Source of the DNA: a virus
Lineage: Duplodnaviria > Heunggongvirae > Uroviricota > Caudoviricetes
IMG/VR virus record: IMGVR_UViG_3300049044_000033
Span: 94,796-158,795 of that record
Reading direction: 5' to 3' (one strand)
DNA length: 64,000 nt
The position numbers and the translations under genes are program-made. The notes under the pieces are model-generated. The model did not search any database and was not told the origin of the DNA. It worked only from the letters and a program-made list of their open reading frames with translations. Every line of letters begins with the position of its first letter. Position 1 is the stretch's first letter. Below are positions 1-8,667 of this stretch, in pieces.

Positions 1-69
1 TATGTCCCTGCGGACTGCTTCTGCGCCACCAAAAATCATGCTGTGAAACTAACATGAGATAGGTGATTG

Positions 70-735
70 TCAACTGAAGAACACGAGTTCCAACCTAGGA
101 ACTAGATCTTCTTGGCCAATGCTGCGGATCAGTTCAATGACCTTTGCCTCAACACCCTGATATTTAGAATGCAGAACGCTCACAACGCGCTCTCCGGTCA
201 CGGGTGCCTCAGTTAGCCGGACGATGGAATCTTGTGGAAACTTGCAGATACCTGCTCTGCAGAGCGACCAAGCTGCCGAGAGGATCGCGCAAGTGTGTTC
301 CTCATCTCCATTATCAAAGACGTTCTTCAAGCCAATCTTTGACCCACTATCAGTGATAAAGCTCAACACTTTCTTGTTAGCTTTGCGGATAGTCTCCCAA
401 ACTAATCGGCTGCTAGGAAGCTCGCTGATAATAAAGTCAGCCACTGGTCCGAGACGACCCTCAAAGACCACGTGGTCGGGAGCAAGACCACGACGCAGGA
501 TACACCGGATAAACTCATTCACATCCAATGTATTCTCTTTTACGTGTAGATCGTCAATGAGGATTGCCGCCACCACTAAGCTATCAGGATTACTCTCGCG
601 ATCGAGATAGCCCTTCATGACGCTCAGACTTTCATGCTGCTCGTCACCCCATATCTCATCAGCGTAGATGTGGGCAAACTCCACAAACATCTCCGGGGTG
701 GGAAGATTGGGATTATCGGGAAGATGACAGCCCAT
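70..735 (-). CDS. Hypothetical protein, possibly HUP/class-I aaRS-like nucleotidyltransferase fold
   Basis: 221 aa ORF; motifs EFAHIY, ILIDD, CAILSAAW, L..KY..VE recall stand-alone class-I-aaRS-like domains; function tentative. Confidence 0.4.
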   Translation of the reverse strand: MGCHLPDNPNLPTPEMFVEFAHIYADEIWGDEQHESLSVMKGYLDRESNPDSLVVAAILIDDLHVKENTLDVNEFIRCILRRGLAPDHVVFEGRLGPVADFIISELPSSRLVWETIRKANKKVLSFITDSGSKIGLKNVFDNGDEEHTCAILSAAWSLCRAGICKFPQDSIVRLTEAPVTGERVVSVLHSKYQGVEAKVIELIRSIGQEDLVPRLELVFFS

Positions 736-1025
736 CAGGGACGAAACTCCAGCTTCACTGTGCTATCAGACCATGTGAGTTTGAACAGCATTGCGTCCTG
801 TTTGTCCTGAATGAACACTGGTATGGAAATACCTGACGGGACGTTATTTGCAAGGGCCCACTTGCCTTTGACATGTAGCTTCAACCAATCGAGAATGGCA
901 GAATTGTCAATTGCTTCAGCGCGCAACTTTTGTCGATTATAGAAATGACCACCAGGCATGCGGAAGGTGTACCAATCCAAGCACCCCATGGACCACTTAA
1001 CCGGCTCACTCACTGACCACCCCAA
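735..1025 (-). CDS. Small protein of the C-terminal 'DAMLFKLTW' family
   Basis: W...HVKGKW...IQDKQDAMLFKLTW; paralog of 1010..1279. Confidence 0.75.
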   Translation of the reverse strand: MGWSVSEPVKWSMGCLDWYTFRMPGGHFYNRQKLRAEAIDNSAILDWLKLHVKGKWALANNVPSGISIPVFIQDKQDAMLFKLTWSDSTVKLEFRP

Positions 1026-1279
1026 CGAAGCTTAAACGTCATCGCATCTTGCTTGTCTTTGATGTAAAAGGTGACCTTGACAAAATCAACTCTAAAAGTC
1101 CACTGTCCCTTTAGGTTATCGTTACACCAGCGACCTGCATCTCTCCCTCGTTCCCGAGGTTCGATCACGAAGGTATGCCAAGCGGCGTGGCCAAACTTAT
1201 TGCCCTCAATCCTCAGGAGATCAACGAGTGGGCCGGCAGGAGTGGGAAGGCTCAATGGACCGTGTCTCCATGTTCCCAC
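1010..1279 (-). CDS. Small protein of the C-terminal 'DAMTFKLRW' family
   Basis: WCNDNLKGQW...IKDKQDAMTFKLRW; tandem paralog of 735..1025. Confidence 0.75.
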   Translation of the reverse strand: MGTWRHGPLSLPTPAGPLVDLLRIEGNKFGHAAWHTFVIEPRERGRDAGRWCNDNLKGQWTFRVDFVKVTFYIKDKQDAMTFKLRWGGQ

Positions 1280-1635
1280 GCTTCAACAACGGGGAGGGGT
1301 GAGAAGCGACGCTTCAATTCTGCGTCATGAGCTGCCTTGGCTTGGCGTTCTGCGTTCTCGCGCTCCCAAGCTTCGTTGTCCCGACGCTCCTTCTCGTCGT
1401 AATAGTGAGACCAGCTGCGGTACTCGATACCGTCGCGTTCGCTGCGAGCCTTGAGGACAGCGGCTTCACGCTCCAGTTCCTCATTCATGGCCTCCTCATA
1501 GTTGTTCATGAAGAAGACCTGAGCCTCCGGAGTAGTGGGGCAAGCCGAACGAGTGCCATAGAGGCTCTTGGCGAGGTCGGAAATGATATCCTGGACTTCG
1601 TGGATGTTTTCCAGCGTATAAAGATACTTGGTCAT
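1252..1635 (-). CDS. Hypothetical protein
   Basis: ATG directly downstream of promoter/RBS cassette at 1636-1700. Confidence 0.75.
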   Translation of the reverse strand: MTKYLYTLENIHEVQDIISDLAKSLYGTRSACPTTPEAQVFFMNNYEEAMNEELEREAAVLKARSERDGIEYRSWSHYYDEKERRDNEAWERENAERQAKAAHDAELKRRFSPLPVVEAWEHGDTVH

Positions 1636-1693
1636 TTTCCGATCCCTCTTTGTTGCTGCCTATGTTCCAGTTTTAGCACATAGGTGGATAGCG

Positions 1694-1933
1694 TCAACCA
1701 GAATTTTGAACTTTTCCATTTGGGAAGAGTAGCTGAAGTTTAGTGCGAACCTTGCCGTGCTCATCTGAAATGCGACGATACGTTTCGCCGTTTTTGACGG
1801 AACGATTCTTCACAAATTTGATGCGAGCTATTTCCCTACGGATAGCAAGTCGTTGCCTCAGCGATTCGAGTTCATTGAAGTCATTTGTCAGCTTCAGCTG
1901 ATTGAGAAAACGCTGGGATGGCAAATGACTCAC
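1694..1933 (-). CDS. Hypothetical basic protein
   Basis: GTG start after GAGGAG; TGA stop overlaps TTGAC of the next promoter. Confidence 0.65.
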   Translation of the reverse strand: MSHLPSQRFLNQLKLTNDFNELESLRQRLAIRREIARIKFVKNRSVKNGETYRRISDEHGKVRTKLQLLFPNGKVQNSG

Positions 1934-1990
1934 TGGGTCCTCCTCGGTTATTCACCTGTCTAACATTTCGGTGAGGTTTGTCAACCAAAG

Positions 1991-2016
1991 AAAAACCCGA
2001 TCCGAAGACCGGGTTT
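1991..2016 (-). terminator. Rho-independent terminator
   Basis: AAACCCG/CGGGTTT stem followed by a U-tract on the minus strand. Confidence 0.7.
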
Positions 2017-2038
2017 CTAAGCGACCGTCGAGTCGAGA

Positions 2039-2671
2039 TTACTTGGGATTCGTCGGTACCGGAATAGCCTGCTGAAGCTGAGGTTCACCCGGCGTCTGCG
2101 AGGGATCAACGAACGGTTCGGCCGATGCGTTCATGAACTTTGTCCGATTGGGCAACCGAGCATCAGGAGCCAAGCTACCGTCGGCTAGCTTGTAACGGCC
2201 CTTGTTATTGCTACCAGGGCAAGCAAAGCCAGTGGCCGCGAAGAATGCGTCAGCGTTCACGGGATTGCGAGGGTTAGTGTCCTGACACATACGCGCAACA
2301 GCAACGCTACTCAGACCCATTGTGTGCCATGCTGCTGCGTCACTGCGACGGGTGCAGGCTTCGTCTGATCGACCAAGGTTCAGAGAGAACCCGATAGGAC
2401 CACCGGCAGCACCGCCGCCTGTACCGACGAGACAAGGATTGGTACCGCCGAAATAGCTGCCTGCGACGCTCGGCGTAGTCCAAGTGTGGCCGCTATAGTC
2501 GATGTCATTGCGCTGGGGCCCGGTCGGACCTTGCGCGACAGCAACGACATTCACTGTATTGGCTGCATCCGCGTTAGCCGTCTGCTGACCAGTTGCACCC
2601 GTAGTTGTTTGAGCTGCTACTGGCTGCGCAATGCCAACGCCAATAAGCAAAAAGATAGCGAGCCTCTTCAT
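2039..2671 (-). CDS. Secreted protein with signal peptide and conserved cysteines
   Basis: MKRLAIFLLIGVGIAQPVAA-Q signal; PCL...SLNLG..D..C.R...MG....AVARMCQD motif. Confidence 0.75.
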   Translation of the reverse strand: MKRLAIFLLIGVGIAQPVAAQTTTGATGQQTANADAANTVNVVAVAQGPTGPQRNDIDYSGHTWTTPSVAGSYFGGTNPCLVGTGGGAAGGPIGFSLNLGRSDEACTRRSDAAAWHTMGLSSVAVARMCQDTNPRNPVNADAFFAATGFACPGSNNKGRYKLADGSLAPDARLPNRTKFMNASAEPFVDPSQTPGEPQLQQAIPVPTNPK

Positions 2672-2696
2672 GAGATACCCTTTCCCGTTTTAGCTG

Positions 2697-2730
2697 AAAA
2701 ATAAAGGGGTGGATAATTCCACCCCTTTAT
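2697..2730 (-). terminator. Rho-independent terminator
   Basis: ATAAAGGGGTGGA/TCCACCCCTTTAT stem plus U-tract. Confidence 0.75.
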
Positions 2731-2738
2731 CGAGAACC

Positions 2739-3263
2739 TTAGTTCTCGAAGCCGAACGTACCAAACACGCCCTGGCCGGAGAAGTTGACGTTCGCAGCCT
2801 GAGCCTGATTTTCCGAGAACTCGAAGGAGTTTTCACGGCTGTAGTCGAACGTGAACGAGTTGGTGAACTCGCTCTGGCCGAAGTTCACGACCTGGCCAGT
2901 CAGCGAACCATTGCCCTGAACTGCGCCGTTCAGATCCATGTCGTTGCCGCTCAGGCTGTAAGCAGCATTGCCCAGGCTACCTGCGAGCGAACCCGCAATG
3001 CCAGTCATATGAAGCTGAGCAGCTGAAGCGCCGGCGCCGAGGGTCAGGTCACCCACGAAACCGCTGCCCGAAGCAGCTGACAGAGTGTTGTCGATGGAAA
3101 CGTCCAGCGTGGTCGAGTTCACGACATCGAGGCTGGTATTTGCCGAAGTGGCGAGATTGCCATTCAGGTTGCCGATACCGATGGCGCCAACGCCGGTCTG
3201 AGCCAGTGCAGGGGTTGCCATTGAGGCAGTCGCCAGGATGGCGATAAGTGCGAGCTTGCGCAT
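2739..3263 (-). CDS. Secreted Gly/Asn/Ser-rich beta-type protein
   Basis: Start corrected to MRKLALIA (AAGGAG upstream); signal peptide ending ALA-Q; host-like GC3 codon bias. Confidence 0.75.
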   Translation of the reverse strand: MRKLALIAILATASMATPALAQTGVGAIGIGNLNGNLATSANTSLDVVNSTTLDVSIDNTLSAASGSGFVGDLTLGAGASAAQLHMTGIAGSLAGSLGNAAYSLSGNDMDLNGAVQGNGSLTGQVVNFGQSEFTNSFTFDYSRENSFEFSENQAQAANVNFSGQGVFGTFGFEN

Positions 3264-3417
3264 GTTCGATCTACTCCTTGAACCGTTCACAGGTTGTTGT
3301 GAACGCCGTTAAAGTTATATTAATGTCGAAGGTCGTCAACAAGTTTCAGCAAGTTAACTATAATCTTTTGGCGTTAACTTTAAGAAACCTACGTAAACTG
3401 CGACTTCGCTGTAATGG

Positions 3418-3449
3418 AAAAAGCCTCGGGATCTTTCACCCGAGGCTTT
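3418..3449 (-). terminator. Rho-independent terminator
   Basis: AAAGCCTCGGG/CCCGAGGCTTT stem plus U-tract. Confidence 0.75.
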
Positions 3450-3470
3450 ATTTCTAACCTACGTTATAGG

Positions 3471-3902
3471 TTAAGCTGTGGCCATTTCCACATAGCTCAT
3501 ATCAACCTCAGGCTCCTCGCTGACCGGTTCCTTGTTGGGGTCGGTAAATTTGATCCAGAACTCCAAGGGGAAATTGTTTTCGTTGACCATGCGTTCGCTA
3601 ACGATAAAGCCCGGCGAGCAAGGGCACATGGAACAGCCTGCGTAGGACGAGAAGCGCAGCTTGCCCTCAAACTGCGGGTAGGTCTGCTCGATCATCTTGC
3701 GCGCTGCGTTGATCTGCTTCCGGAACGACAAGCCCTCAAAAGCCTCGTCCTCGATCCGAATGTAAATGCGAGAGGGTTTAATCCATTCGCGGTGTAAAGC
3801 GCGACGATCGTAGGCCGTAGTAGCAGTCCGTGGGGCTTGGCGGGCGCTCTGCGTGATGGTAACATTGAACGTACCGAACTTCGTTTCGCAAACCTGACAC
3901 AT
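3471..3902 (-). CDS. Hypothetical protein with AGCSMCPCSPGF motif
   Basis: Start corrected to MCQVCE after CAGGAGATCGAGC; Cys-rich motif suggests metal binding. Confidence 0.75.
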   Translation of the reverse strand: MCQVCETKFGTFNVTITQSARQAPRTATTAYDRRALHREWIKPSRIYIRIEDEAFEGLSFRKQINAARKMIEQTYPQFEGKLRFSSYAGCSMCPCSPGFIVSERMVNENNFPLEFWIKFTDPNKEPVSEEPEVDMSYVEMATA

Positions 3903-3969
3903 GCTCGATCTCCTGTGCTGCATTTCGTGTTTCCACTTTAGCAGAATAGGTGAATGCGTCAACCTCTTT

Positions 3970-5667
3970 TTAGACGCCGGCTGCTTCCAGGAGCATTTTG
4001 AGGTAATATTCACAAAAGGACTCAACAGTTTCCTGACTTCCAAAACCCAAGTAATTGGCAAGGTCTTGGAAGCCAAAGTTACAATTTTGAATCTTAATAT
4101 TAGACCCTTTGAAGAACTTGATGTTGGCTTGCCAGATCACCCGGCTAAGTTCCATCTCAACCTCAGCGGGAACCTTTGCTCTAGCGCGCAGACTCACAAA
4201 GGGCATCAAATAAGGAACCCTCATCATTCTGCCTTCGAGAATAACACTCAAGCCACCATAACTTGATCCAACAAGGAAGTCCCGCAGATCCACAACATCA
4301 AAATACTCTGTGCCTGCATATTCACCAAAGTCGGAAAGAATTACCTGATCGGTAATCTTCACTTCAGGTGGTAGGTTTTCAGTAATGGCGCGAATAGTAT
4401 CGCCCGTTACAGTGTCGTCCTCGACTAGCACATATTCGCCCGCAGGGACCCGAGAGAGCTGTGTCTCGAGGTCAGGGTGACCAGCACGTTGCGCGCGGAG
4501 CAAGGGCTTAAATTGAGCGTTGTAGGGTTCGAAGTAACGCGTCATATCAATATGATAATGACCTTCGAAGAACGGATCCAAAGAGATTGTCTTCCGCTGT
4601 CCGATGACCTCGCGAGCTTTGATTCGCTGATCGCTGACATTCATCAAGCAGACTTTGCTCTTTAGACCGGCGTTTTTAAACAACTGGGCAAAGCCAAGTC
4701 GAACCGCAGATTGGAATTGAACCCGACGCCTCGTTAGCTCTTCCTTGTCAAGCTCAATTGCCCATCCTGCGATCGCAAAGTTCTCCTCATTGCGAATCAA
4801 GTAGGGCAGCTCAGTTGTGTTGGGCTTTTGCCAGTTCTCGAGATAATCCCGAACCCTGGGATCCAAATGATCGTGATGACCTTCGCGAGCCATCTTACTC
4901 GACAGTGAGGTTCGTTCGATCATTATCGAATTATTGGGAAGAGCCTTGCCGAAACCTTCATTGTCTGAACCGTAGACGTAGAAAATTTCTACCCATTCAT
5001 ATTTTAAACAACTATAGAGGTAGTCGAAGATTGCCGTGAAGTTGATTTCAGAGGGCATGTAGCGAGCAGCCCACGGATCGCATTCCAGCCAGTTACTGTC
5101 TTGGACGGCTAGCTCAACCATTGCACAACGATGTTCCGCAGGGATAGCAGCAGTGCCGCCATACTTTTGTCCCACATAACTATCATGCCCAGGGCAGAAA
5201 AACCCACCCACTACGTCGTAGCCCTTGTCTTCCATGATCCTCTTGGCCTCTTCCATCATTTCGATGTGACCATTGTGGATCGGAGCCATACCACCTGTCG
5301 TGAAGAGTACCGCCCTTGGCTTAGAAGAGCCCGCTTTGATGTTTTTGTGGACTTTGCCGAAAGGTGTCACCGTCGTCCGAAGATTGTTAGACTTATATTC
5401 GGAGGGAAGCTTAGGTAGACCATCATCGAAGAACCCTGCATCAAAGAGGGCTTTGGTCGACCTTGTCTCTTTGTAGACTGCGTTGTAGTGACGATCACTC
5501 AATGCCTTCCAAGCATAACGCTGGTCCTTAGACATTCCAGTTTTCCGAAGATCATATCCAAGGAAGATGGCTTCCGTCTGTGAAACATCCTCTCCTACCC
5601 CGAGGATCTCATAGAGGTCACCCTCGGGGCGGTGCATCGTTATGCCGCAGGCGTAAGTGTCTGTCAT
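3970..5667 (-). CDS. Nicotinamide/nicotinate-nucleotide adenylyltransferase (NMNAT/NadD-like) fused to a type I phosphoribosyltransferase, with a degenerate J-like N-terminus
   Basis: TTGGMAPIHNGH (HxGH), P.HDSYV..KY, WLECDPW, YVYGSD, SS..AR; C-terminal PRPP-binding motif VLVEDDTVTGDT. Confidence 0.8.
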   Translation of the reverse strand: MTDTYACGITMHRPEGDLYEILGVGEDVSQTEAIFLGYDLRKTGMSKDQRYAWKALSDRHYNAVYKETRSTKALFDAGFFDDGLPKLPSEYKSNNLRTTVTPFGKVHKNIKAGSSKPRAVLFTTGGMAPIHNGHIEMMEEAKRIMEDKGYDVVGGFFCPGHDSYVGQKYGGTAAIPAEHRCAMVELAVQDSNWLECDPWAARYMPSEINFTAIFDYLYSCLKYEWVEIFYVYGSDNEGFGKALPNNSIMIERTSLSSKMAREGHHDHLDPRVRDYLENWQKPNTTELPYLIRNEENFAIAGWAIELDKEELTRRRVQFQSAVRLGFAQLFKNAGLKSKVCLMNVSDQRIKAREVIGQRKTISLDPFFEGHYHIDMTRYFEPYNAQFKPLLRAQRAGHPDLETQLSRVPAGEYVLVEDDTVTGDTIRAITENLPPEVKITDQVILSDFGEYAGTEYFDVVDLRDFLVGSSYGGLSVILEGRMMRVPYLMPFVSLRARAKVPAEVEMELSRVIWQANIKFFKGSNIKIQNCNFGFQDLANYLGFGSQETVESFCEYYLKMLLEAAGV

Positions 5668-5697
5668 ATCACCACTTTACAGGAAGTTGGACGACAG

Positions 5698-5868
5698 TCA
5701 AGCCTTGGCTTTGGCTTCTTCAGACTTAAAGCCCGCTGCCCAGTTCTTACCGGCGAGGCTTTCCCCATAGGGATTGGATTCGAGATCACGACCGTTAAGG
5801 AAGGCCGCACGACCTTCAGCAGTCGAGGCGCAAAAATTCTGCGATACTTCCCAGATGGGCTTGCTCAT
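5698..5868 (-). CDS. Small Rmf/CrpP-fold-like protein (56 aa, not in ORF track)
   Basis: Own translation MSKPIWEVSQNFCASTAEGRAAFLNGRDLESNPYGESLAGKNWAAGFKSEEAKAKA; G..A...G....NPY......W..GF motif; cassette RBS upstream. Confidence 0.65.
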   Translation of the reverse strand: MSKPIWEVSQNFCASTAEGRAAFLNGRDLESNPYGESLAGKNWAAGFKSEEAKAKA

Positions 5869-5922
5869 AACTGATCTCCTGTTGTTTCCTATATCACCAC
5901 TTTAAAGGAAATAGGTGAGCAG

Positions 5923-6099
5923 TCAAGCGTTTTCTTCGCATTCTTTCTGACACTTGCACTCGCAGGCTTCCGAGATTGTCGGGGCGAGCAGCAAAGCCAC
6001 AAAGAGGAACCAACCCCAACCTGGGCCGTTAATAATGGCAAGAATTGCCGCTGCTATGAGGCAGAAGCTGACTGGCAAGAAGGCAAGGAACTTGGTCAT
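5923..6099 (-). CDS. Small membrane protein (58 aa, not in ORF track)
   Basis: MTKFLAFLPVSFCLIAAAILAIINGPGWGWFLFVALLLAP...; two hydrophobic segments; leaderless start within a promoter hairpin. Confidence 0.7.
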   Translation of the reverse strand: MTKFLAFLPVSFCLIAAAILAIINGPGWGWFLFVALLLAPTISEACECKCQKECEENA

Positions 6100-6129
6100 A
6101 AAGCCACTTTATAGCCCTATGACCAAGTT
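6089..6129 (-). promoter_or_regulatory. Hairpin promoter; 12-bp perfect inverted repeat pairing the spacer with the start codon
   Basis: AACTTGGTCATA-N17-TATGACCAAGTT; -10 GCTATAAA in the loop. Confidence 0.8.
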
Positions 6130-6137
6130 GTCATTAT

Positions 6138-6704
6138 TCAGCCGACGATGAGCTTGGTATAGAGTTGCGTGAACTTTTCGAAGGACGGAACTTCCTTCGT
6201 ATCGAAATTGACGGGGCGCCCTTCGCTCGGAGTCAGGATTGCCCGAACGTAATGGACCATAGAGTCAATGTCGCCCTTATCGTTCAGGACGAATGCCTGT
6301 TGGAAAAATTCCTCAACAGTTGCGCCACTTGCTTTGCCGTCATTCTGAGCAGCCTCGTCCTTGATCTTTGCGACCAATGCCTCGATGTCGGCGTATTTGA
6401 TGCGGCGCTTTGCTTGACGGAAACCATAGGCCGCGCCGAGCGTGATGACGTTGCTGGCGACCAGCTTGATACCTTTGGACGAGAAGAGATCGTCTGTTGC
6501 TTGCTCAACTGCCGAGAGTTTCAGCTGGTCAATATTGTCGCAGTTCACACTGGCGTAGAAGTTATCAGACTCTTGAGCAAGCTCTTCGCCGACGTTGATG
6601 CCGGCTTGCAGGATTTCCACGACCGTTTCGCCAAATGGGCGACCTTGGATCACACCTTCGATGAGAGTCTGCCGGGCATTATCAGTCTCGCGTCCAATAG
6701 TCAT
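6138..6704 (-). CDS. Hypothetical protein
   Basis: 188 aa ORF with cassette RBS. Confidence 0.8.
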   Translation of the reverse strand: MTIGRETDNARQTLIEGVIQGRPFGETVVEILQAGINVGEELAQESDNFYASVNCDNIDQLKLSAVEQATDDLFSSKGIKLVASNVITLGAAYGFRQAKRRIKYADIEALVAKIKDEAAQNDGKASGATVEEFFQQAFVLNDKGDIDSMVHYVRAILTPSEGRPVNFDTKEVPSFEKFTQLYTKLIVG

Positions 6705-6763
6705 TTTCGATCTCCTTGTTGCCTATGTGTCAGTTCTAACACATAGGCAGCTTGCGTCAACCA
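6705..6763 (-). promoter_or_regulatory. Hairpin promoter/RBS cassette
   Basis: TTGACG -35; TGCCTATGTGT/ACACATAGGCA 11-bp IR at 6720-6749; AAGGAGATCGAAAATG. Confidence 0.8.
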
Positions 6764-6765
6764 GT

Positions 6766-7020
6766 TTAATCCTGGAGGGCTTTCATCATCAGCTCATAGA
6801 GTCGAGCCTGGGGCGTATCAGGGTAAGCAAGATTCACTGCCATCCCGCAACGGCCAGTGGTGTGGCACATTGCTGACCAGAGAGCCGTGTGGAGCATTAT
6901 CTCGCCTTCTTTGCGCTCTTCTTCGGAAGGGTTAAAGGCCTTCCCACCACGCTGAAGTTCAGCATAGAGGTTGGTCAGTTCTTCACGCTCTTCGCGGGTC
7001 AGGCTCAAAGTTTCCTCCAT
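6766..7020 (-). CDS. Hypothetical protein
   Basis: Operon-like packing with 7005..7208. Confidence 0.65.
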   Translation of the reverse strand: MEETLSLTREEREELTNLYAELQRGGKAFNPSEEERKEGEIMLHTALWSAMCHTTGRCGMAVNLAYPDTPQARLYELMMKALQD

Positions 7021-7208
7021 ATGTTGAGACCCTTGCGAGTCAGCTCAAGATGAGCACCGGGTTTGTCTCCACTTATTGTCCAGTGGATCAGACCAGCAGC
7101 AACTAGTCGATCAATTCGATAAGCAAAGAAGGGCTTCCAGCTTTTAACGTGGAAGCCCTTGCGGGGCTTCACACGCCGGAACAATTCTATGTCCTTGCTG
7201 CTGAGCAT
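7005..7208 (-). CDS. Hypothetical, possible winged-helix protein
   Basis: IDRLVAAGLI...LELTRKG pattern; TAATG coupling to upstream gene. Confidence 0.6.
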   Translation of the reverse strand: MLSSKDIELFRRVKPRKGFHVKSWKPFFAYRIDRLVAAGLIHWTISGDKPGAHLELTRKGLNIWRKL

Positions 7209-7447
7209 TAAAGCACCTTAGTGCCATCGGGATGAGTCCAAAGCGACCGAACCTTGCCACGAACGCGGGCAACTTCGTCGGCCATATCCTGGTCGCCCAG
7301 CATGGAAAACAGGTCGTGATCCTGCTCACCGTCCAAGACATTGCAGAGTGCGTTGATCAGATCCTGAACCGACACATCAATTTCGTTGCCGTTCGAATCA
7401 ACAAGAACCGCCTTCGTGGGGTTTGAAATATTGTAAATGATGGACAT
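7208..7447 (-). CDS. Hypothetical protein
   Basis: Cassette RBS upstream. Confidence 0.75.
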   Translation of the reverse strand: MSIIYNISNPTKAVLVDSNGNEIDVSVQDLINALCNVLDGEQDHDLFSMLGDQDMADEVARVRGKVRSLWTHPDGTKVL

Positions 7448-7524
7448 GTTTCGATCTCCTGTTTGCTTTGTCGGTAATCTGGTTATAAAGCCTACATTAG
7501 AGGAGTCAACCAGTTTTCCAGAAA

Positions 7525-7713
7525 TTAGGCCTGCGACAATTCCATGCAGATTTCAGTGAGACCATCGATGCGACGCTTACAAGTGTCATATGCTGCCTGG
7601 TTGCAGAGCACTGCGCTGGTTTTCTGAAGTTTCCGCTCAATACGCAGCATCGAGCGCGCCATTTCGAGATCAGCAGCTTTTTGTTCCGCCTTCATCTGTT
7701 CGGTAAAACTCAT
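7525..7713 (-). CDS. Hypothetical protein
   Basis: Cassette RBS upstream. Confidence 0.75.
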   Translation of the reverse strand: MSFTEQMKAEQKAADLEMARSMLRIERKLQKTSAVLCNQAAYDTCKRRIDGLTEICMELSQA

Positions 7714-7778
7714 TTTCGATCTCCTGTTTGCTTCTGTTATCCAGACTTTAGCAGAACTGGTGAATGAATCAACCAGTT

Positions 7779-8168
7779 TTAGACTTCTCGCCAGATAAAT
7801 TCCCTGGGGTTCCAGTATGCTGACTCAAACTTGCCCGGATTTGTCACAAGACCATAGAACTCAAGGGCTTTTTCTTCGGCCTTTTCAAAGTCCGGTTCGT
7901 TGGTCCGGAAGTCAGGCAGGTCGTTAACTGTGAATCGATATTCTGGTGGATTGCTAAAGGTGCCATCGTCAGCAGTAACTGAGCCGATCGTGATCCTCTG
8001 GCCTTTCTCGTTCCTTGCATCAAGGAGGAAATCGGTGCTTCCGCTTTCGATTTTATCTGCAACCATGCGGAGCATCTTTGCGATGTAGGCTTTACTCGAA
8101 GGTGCGATGCTGGATGAAATATGCTCATCCAGCAGGGAAAATTCGACCATAACTTTCTCGCGCATCAT
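7779..8168 (-). CDS. Hypothetical protein
   Basis: ATGA overlap with upstream gene. Confidence 0.7.
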   Translation of the reverse strand: MMREKVMVEFSLLDEHISSSIAPSSKAYIAKMLRMVADKIESGSTDFLLDARNEKGQRITIGSVTADDGTFSNPPEYRFTVNDLPDFRTNEPDFEKAEEKALEFYGLVTNPGKFESAYWNPREFIWREV

Positions 8169-8608
8169 CCCAACACCACAATCATTCCAAAAACCTTCCG
8201 ACCCTCAGGGATCTCAGGAACGACCATTGCGGTCCACCAGTCCTCTGTGTCGCTGAAGCAATACTTCTTCGACGCGTAGGCATTCATATCAACTGCGTCG
8301 GGCTTTTCCAGCTTGTGAGTGATGATCTTCTCCAACAGCCCATCTACGTAGTTGAGCTCGCCATCGGGGATTAGATCCAGCTTCTCCAAATCGAGCAGCG
8401 CATGATAATCGCGAAGGACGGTATCTTCCTCGTAATCATCTTCGCCCTCGAGGACCCACTTCTCGCTAATATCTAGCACGGGGAAATAGCCAAAGACTTC
8501 AAGGATCTTCTCCTTGATCGCGAGACCGAGATTCTCTTCAACATCCTCAAACATCGGCTTGCGCCCGATAACTGTAATTCCGTGCTTGCTCACGTAGCTG
8601 TTAAACAT
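8165..8608 (-). CDS. Hypothetical acidic protein
   Basis: Start corrected to MFNSYV after GAGGAGATCGAG. Confidence 0.75.
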   Translation of the reverse strand: MFNSYVSKHGITVIGRKPMFEDVEENLGLAIKEKILEVFGYFPVLDISEKWVLEGEDDYEEDTVLRDYHALLDLEKLDLIPDGELNYVDGLLEKIITHKLEKPDAVDMNAYASKKYCFSDTEDWWTAMVVPEIPEGRKVFGMIVVLG

Positions 8609-8667
8609 CTCGATCTCCTCATTTCTTGCTTCCAGTTTAGCAGAAACTGGAGATAAGTCAACCCCTC

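Noticed and set aside
3309-3323. CtrA-like box TTAA-N7-TTAA
   Set aside because: Single hit in AT-rich DNA; about one is expected by chance in 64 kb
3903-4076. N-terminal extensions in the ORF track ending in ...RRS(K/N)M or ...EIEM
   Set aside because: These are translations through the promoter/RBS cassette (AGGAGATCGAAA); true starts are downstream
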